A stretch of DNA of 52,030 bases, the filler included, from Sphacelaria rigidula (taxonomy: Eukaryota): assembly GCA_964200075.2 (NCBI GenBank). It is 3 parts of 3 records of this genome, joined end to end, with 100 filler letters (N's around TTAATTAATTAA, not from the genome) between each part and the next. Parts side by side here need not be neighbours in the genome. Positions count along the whole stretch, not along the records: positions 34,756 to 52,030 come from CAXNAA020001122.1; 2 more parts are not named here. The stretch is one strand, 5' to 3'. Made by a program: the position numbers and the translations under genes. Positions 46,200-52,030 of this stretch are shown piece after piece (the first letter of the stretch is position 1; each line of letters starts with the position of its first letter). Below the pieces are notes generated by a model. That model made no database searches, had not been told where the DNA came from, and worked only from the letters and a program-made list of their open reading frames with translations.

Positions 46200-46750
46200 T
46201 ATCACATAACATATGCCTCTCATGGGTGAAGCATTTCTTGTAGACCATTATAAGGGACGAAAGTGCTGCGCCCACACCTTTTCCCGCACCACAAAGGTGT
46301 AGACTATGCAATCCTAAACGTTGACGGATGCGGGCACATGAAGGTGCACGGGTATATACTAAGGCAGATGCAGAGGGCACTACCATGACCAGTCGAGTGT
46401 ATAAAATCGTCACGGGAGATCCTAAAAAGAAAAACGGTAGACATTCCATTGGAATGAGGATGATATATCCCCATAACTGTGATCATGCCGACGAGAAATG
46501 ACCATTTTTAGAAATTTCGTGTTTGTTCAGCTTCATCGTTGAAATAATGTGCAAACAGCTCGCCAAGACATTTTCTCTACACAGTACAGATTTGGCACTA
46601 ATGGTCGCACACCTCACTCATTAGTACAGCCCGGCAATTAATATCCGTCCGTAGGAAAGACACTTTCCATGAGAAAACATTGAAAACAAAAAACGCACTA
46701 TACGAAAACCCAACTCGCTGAAGGTGCGTCATGTTCGGTACGTGTTAGCG
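46200..46750. repeat. Dispersed repeat E, copy 2
   Basis: See 42212-42850. Confidence 0.75.
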
Positions 46751-47592
46751 AAGGGATCACGTGTTGACCTATGCGACCGGTTGACGGTCCAGCCGTGTAG
46801 CAACACGATCCACCTACTCGACGAGTATGGGAAAGCCGATCGAAGCGAGTGATTGGCTTTCAGTATCGCCATGAGAAACGCAGGCGGGAGGCACACAACC
46901 ATGGAAGATAAATCCGAGGCGGGTAGCCCGACACATTTCTGACCCAAGACAAGCACGTGTAGGGAGGGGCCAACGCCCTCCGCTCCCTCAATGATTGCCC
47001 GTCCAGACGAAGAGCAAGAAGGTGCGCACACGAACGGGAGGATAAACTCTAGCCGGGCACACAATCACGGCAGTTCGCCATCAACAAACCCTACAAAAAC
47101 ACACACACTTGACCACCACACTAATTTCTTGGGCGATTGGCCGTAGGTACTCACTGTTACTGTGAATCAAGAGAGGAAACTAGCGGACTGATTGTAAACT
47201 GTGAATATCGAAACAGCGAAGCTGAACAACAATCAATTCCAAAACAAAATTGATATGTCTTTGAACATGATACAAAATGGTAATGCATGACCACGATCAC
47301 CATGCAATATGCTACGATTTTCAACAACATAATTCATCGAGTACGTAACGCACGACATCGCTTGGGGCGGCCATGCCTTGGTTCAAGGAATCAAGTTCAC
47401 GCAAGAAAATTTAAAGCGGCGAGCAGCTGCGCACGCTGTGGGGACCAGTCCGGTGAAGGCGATCGGTAGCGGTGTACCTAGCTGATCGAAGCGACTATAA
47501 CACACACCGTGGGGACCTGCCCTGGGAAGGAGATCGTTACGCATGTACGAAACGGGTCGAAGCACTGTAGTCTTTAAAGGGTGTGAACCTCG

Positions 47593-47801
47593 TGTAATGC
47601 GTGAGAGGACCGCGTGCTTAGAGGACCGCGCCGTGGCTCGAAACACTTCACGATCGACGTTTTCCAAAACCAATGGCCAGTCCCTGCAGGGACCACGCCC
47701 CTGACCCCAACCTCAACCCCGACACTAACCCTAACCGTAACCAGAGGAATGTTCAAATTCCGATGCGGTCCTCTAAGCACGCGATCCTCTCACGCATTAC
47801 A
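47593..47801. mobile_element. TGT...ACA MITE (family C), copy 2
   Basis: 37-bp near-perfect TIR TGTAATGCGTGAGAGGA(C/T)CGCGTGCTTAGAGGACCGC; flanks CTCG/CTTG. Confidence 0.9.
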
Positions 47802-48133
47802 CTTGAGCGCTCCACAAACGCAACACGCAAGAAAGAAAAAAAACATGGAGCACATACACAACAAACACAAGGCGATACAAAAAAACGAATACAGAAACAA
47901 AAACGAAACCAACAAAACCAAACACACACGAAAATAAACAAAACAAAAGACACATATCCTAGAGAAGGTTCAACGCGCGGGACGCCCTCAGGAAACACAC
48001 ACGTCATTGGCCACTGGGGATACGGGGGCAACCGGACAACACGGTACTAATTACGATGACTCCAACGACAACACGAGGCTCCAAGCAAAAGGAACTGGAG
48101 ATTACACGAAGAAACCGGAAAGCACAAGCACCA

Positions 48134-51100
48134 TCAAGCTTCATCAGTGCCCCACGCCGTGTCAGGATTGCGTAAGGCAGCTTTGTCGATGTCGCCTTTG
48201 TCGTGTCGCTGTAGGCACCAAGATCCTCGGCAGGCGGTTGGCACCCCTGTGTAGTAGTTAGTCGTCGTCGAGGCGGATCCTGAGGGACCTTGAGTCATCG
48301 AGAAAGCGAATGAAGTAGGAGTTGTCCACTGCAGAATCAATCGAATGAATTTTTCTCAGCCACCACCGCGAATCCATTGCTTTGTACCAAAAATACGCGC
48401 CTTTGGGCAAGCGCTTCTTACGAAATGAGGCTAAGTATTGCGAACGAGAAAAAAGGCTGTAGCCGGAGATGACGAATCGCGTGGAGTGCTCCCGTGCCAG
48501 CTAACGAGCTGCTGCTCCCTTCCGCATGGCCCTATAGCGTTTGTTCAACGGGCGGTGTTGTACAGTATCTCCCATCCAATACAACAATATTTTTCTTCGA
48601 AAATGGCGCAATTCAACTTCCCGTTCCCACGTGTCACGCATGATATCTTTCCAATGTGTCTGATATATGACCGCTATTTTACCTCCTCGACCTCGAACTG
48701 ATTGATGGCCCGCGATGCACTCCACCACCACACGCTCAAGAGGACCGTTGGTATCTTCAACAGTCATGTGATACGACGGAGCTTTGGTCGCATGGTTGGT
48801 CAACACGTACTGACTGAGCCCCATTGGCAATGTTTTGGGCATGTCAGTTTTGTCATGTGGGGGCAGACACGGTTTACATCTAAGCATCGAAACTCGGTTT
48901 CTGGGTTTGGCGCCAGGTTTATCCGTGGGAAAATTCAAAAACAAAAGGTTGGCTACCGGACTATCGTCAGGTGCGGTATCACAGGGCCCAACCGCTAAGA
49001 TTTTCCAAGAACGAGTCCAATTAAAGGGTAGTTTCGACTTCAACATCTTATCCAACGAAGACTTACTGAACCTAGCCCCTTGAGTGATGGTTTTCGCATC
49101 GTTGTACACCCATGCCCATTAACCTACTTTCCGCACCGGACGGCTGTTCACCGCGTCATGCACCACAGTGTTTGCTCTGGCTACTTTCGCCACATTGATT
49201 TGGCTCTGCCCACGTACCACCTCCTATGCAAGACGAAGACGATTGCTAACAGAAATGTGGTACTCCGCGATCTCTCGATCCAAACTTTGATGGCCTTTGG
49301 TAGGTTTCCGGTCGAACACCGTCAGTGACAACCTGTGCATACGACCGGTATGAACTTCATTAGGAGCCAATCCCGTGGCGGCATTGACTGAATTATTGCA
49401 ATTCATCTGAACAAGGGGTAAATGCAAGTCCCAATCCGTTTTCCGTTTGTTGGTCACCGTTGCAAGCATTTGAGCCATCGTATGATTCACTCGTTCAGTG
49501 CCACCGTTAGTGTACGGATGGTATAAACGAGTAAAAATGCGATGGGCACCTAGGAGGTTACTGATCGCGGCAGAAAGTCTACCGGCGAAATGCGGATCGT
49601 TATCGGACAACAATCGTTTGGGTACACCTCATTGTGAAATATGTGTGTGCACAACGACGCTGGCTACGCCTGCCGCACTCTAGTTGGTGTCCGAAACAGC
49701 ATGCATCACCGCGTGTCGACTAAACCGATTCGTAAACAACAAATATACTTGTTACCACTATCAGAGAGAGGCAACGGACCGAAGCAATCCCATGAGACTA
49801 CGACCTCACCAGGTCCGTTGGGGAGTGGCATGGAAATAAGTGGCCATCGGACCGTTTTGCGCGAAGTTTTGCGCGCCTGGCACAAAAGACAACGCCGTCA
49901 ACACTGATTTGTACAAACCCACAAAACAAAACGCCCAAGCATCTGGGAGGTCCGAGCGACTCCCAGATGTGTCGATGCTTGCGAATGGTATTCATATAGA
50001 ACCCATGGACGCAAAAGCATCGGACCATGAATTCGCATGGGCTCATCACCTAACAGGCAGGCATGTTTACTTGTAGGTTTCCCCACACGAAGGGGCGCTG
50101 CGGGTCGGCGAACTAGAAGAACGACGCCATCATCATCCGTGTAAGGCATACCTTTCCACGATAATTCAGTACCTTCATCCTGTGGGTGGGCTTTGTGGTT
50201 CCCAACGGGCAAGAGGAATTAAGTTGCTGAAAAAGGAGACGGGCATCCTTTGAATAGATAATGCATAGCCGCCCTACAAGCAGGTTCAGCTTGTTGTTTC
50301 CTGGCCCAATCGGCGCAAGAGAAAACGGCCAAACGTTCATCAAATACACTATCCGACGGATTGTCCAAAATGGCGGGGTTCGGCTCACGGCTGTATTGAC
50401 TCGAATCAGGGATATTTGGACCATGGGTGGGGCAATCAGTTTGTCATCTTCAAGCGGAAGGGTGTCCACGATTCTCGTTTCGACTAGCGTATCGAATGAT
50501 GAGGCATCAGTGAGGATACCATCACCGGAGAAGGGGGGCAAAGACGAGGCTTCGGCTATGGGAAGCAGGGGTGCCGTGGGTGAGGTCGATCTTCTGGGGG
50601 CCGTGCGCCGCGGTGGTTGAGGGGGCGCAAGGAAAGTATGGGGCACCGGGATGGGGTGGGGATGGGAAGGTCCGGGCCAGAGGCCACCAGGGTGGCGGCC
50701 GTCTCGGTGACCCGTCGCCCTCGGGTTCTACTCGAGATGAGATCTCGAACTTGAACCGGCAGGACGAAGTCAGTACAAGACCGGGCCATATTTGCAGTAC
50801 AAACCCTACGATGGCCAGTAGCACGGAATTGATCATGCTCATTCGTGTTTGTACTACTTCCACTCCAGACTGAACACAACGATCATGGTGGCATACTGCC
50901 TAGTACAGAAGCGTGAGCTGTAGTTATCAGCCCACCAATGCCAAGTGCCGTCTTGTGGCTCAGTGAAAGTGGTGTAAAGAGTCTGCTATGACCATTTCTG
51001 CTAGTGGAATATACAATGTCTTCGGTGGGAAAAGTGATGCGTCCCAAGGCGGAACTGTCGATGAGTAGAGCCGGTATGGGCAAGCGAGACAAAAAAAAAT

Positions 51101-52030
51101 CAGCGTTTGAGTTTTGAGGTCCTGTTCGATACTGCAGCGTGAAGTTGTAGGAGGACAGGATTTCACACCAGCGTTGAACCCGGGCGTTGTGTTCCGCCAT
51201 TCCGGCGAGGTTTTCCAAAGACTCATGATCCGAAGAAATCACAAACGGAATGCCGCACAAGTACTGACGAAGTCGTCGCACTCCTCAAGCAATCGCGCAG
51301 GCATCTTGCTCCATGACTGATCAATAATGTTCGTTTGGGTAGGTGGTTCGACTCAAATATACGATGGGATGAACATTGACATCTGTTTGTTCCTGTTCCA
51401 ACGTGCAGCCAAACCCACTTTTGGAGGAATCCATGTAGTGTCGGAACGGGCGTGAGCCATTTTCAGCGGCTAACAAGTCTGAAAAAAACAATATTGGTGG
51501 TCGCGAAAGTGTGTCAAGCAGTCGACGTACAGTTTTCTCCATATCCGACGTGAACAGGAGTTTCACTCTTTTTTAGAGAAGGGATGTGAGGGATTTGAGG
51601 GTTTGGGATAGATTCAGCAGGTAAATACTGTCGGTAGTGGCTCAAGCCACCAAGCAAGGAGCGCAGCCCGTGGCATGAGCATATCTGTAAGTGCGGCAAC
51701 CCCGTTGATTTGGGCTACGACCTTCAGGAGAGATGCAGTGGCCTAGGAATTCGATGCTCGTCGCGCCAGTGCGGGATTTGGACGGGGCGAGTTTCAAATT
51801 GTGATGTTCAAAGCGCGCGAAGAAAGACGCCAAGTGTTCGGCGTGTTCGGAAGGTGTGCTTCCATGTATCACTGCGTCGTCGAGGTACACATGGCACTTG
51901 GACAACCCATCAGTCACACGAAACATCACACATCGAAACGCCCCAGGGGCGCCGGCGGCACCTTGTAACAACAAATTGTGCGAATTGAGGTTTAACTCCG
52001 AGATGCGGTTCAAGCCTAAAACAGTGTTTT
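48134..52030 (-). mobile_element. Degenerate Ty3/Gypsy LTR retrotransposon pol (RT, RNase H, integrase, chromodomain), truncated by the window edge
   Basis: RT HVYLDDAVIH...IEFLGHCIS (51642-52013); RNase H YMDSSKSGFGCTLEQ...PIVYLSR and SDHESL...RVQRW...NSNADFFLSRLP (50883-51566); integrase Zn finger YHSQASTHLGVART (near 49950); core LSDNDPHF...YHPYTNGGTERVNHT (49224-49613); chromodomain VECIAGHQSVRGRGGKIAVIYQTHWKD...TWERE (near 48600-48740). Many frameshifts and stops; LTR not identified. Confidence 0.95.

Noticed and set aside
46900..48100. 3' LTR and polypurine tract of the Gypsy element
   Set aside because: No convincing PPT plus TG...CA boundary, and the second LTR lies outside the window

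Overview
Eukaryotic, intron-rich genomic DNA from a draft scaffold, most likely a brown alga (Phaeophyceae). That assignment is an inference from intron architecture, Gly/Ala/Ser-rich protein inserts and repeat types. Contents: (i) 15 phase-consistent minus-strand exons (311-16423, about 2410 codons) of a URB1/Npa1-like nucleolar pre-ribosomal protein, incomplete at both ends, with a probable GC-AG intron; (ii) the last two exons of an RWDD2-like (RWD + DUF1115) gene (31171-32375, -); (iii) two exons of a coiled-coil protein (36082-38500, +); (iv) a possible GNAT acetyltransferase (pseudo)gene (21111-23917, +); (v) a decayed chromodomain-bearing Ty3/Gypsy pol (about 48134-52030, -); (vi) many MITE-like elements, several with clean TIRs and TSDs; (vii) three assembly gaps. 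I found no CRISPR array, rRNA, tRNA or prokaryotic operon, and nothing here amounts to a demonstrated new biological system. The most unusual signal is a short repeat family (8 copies) with a shared 3' end running into a C-tract. It is co-oriented with local genes and twice lies just upstream of a 3' splice site.
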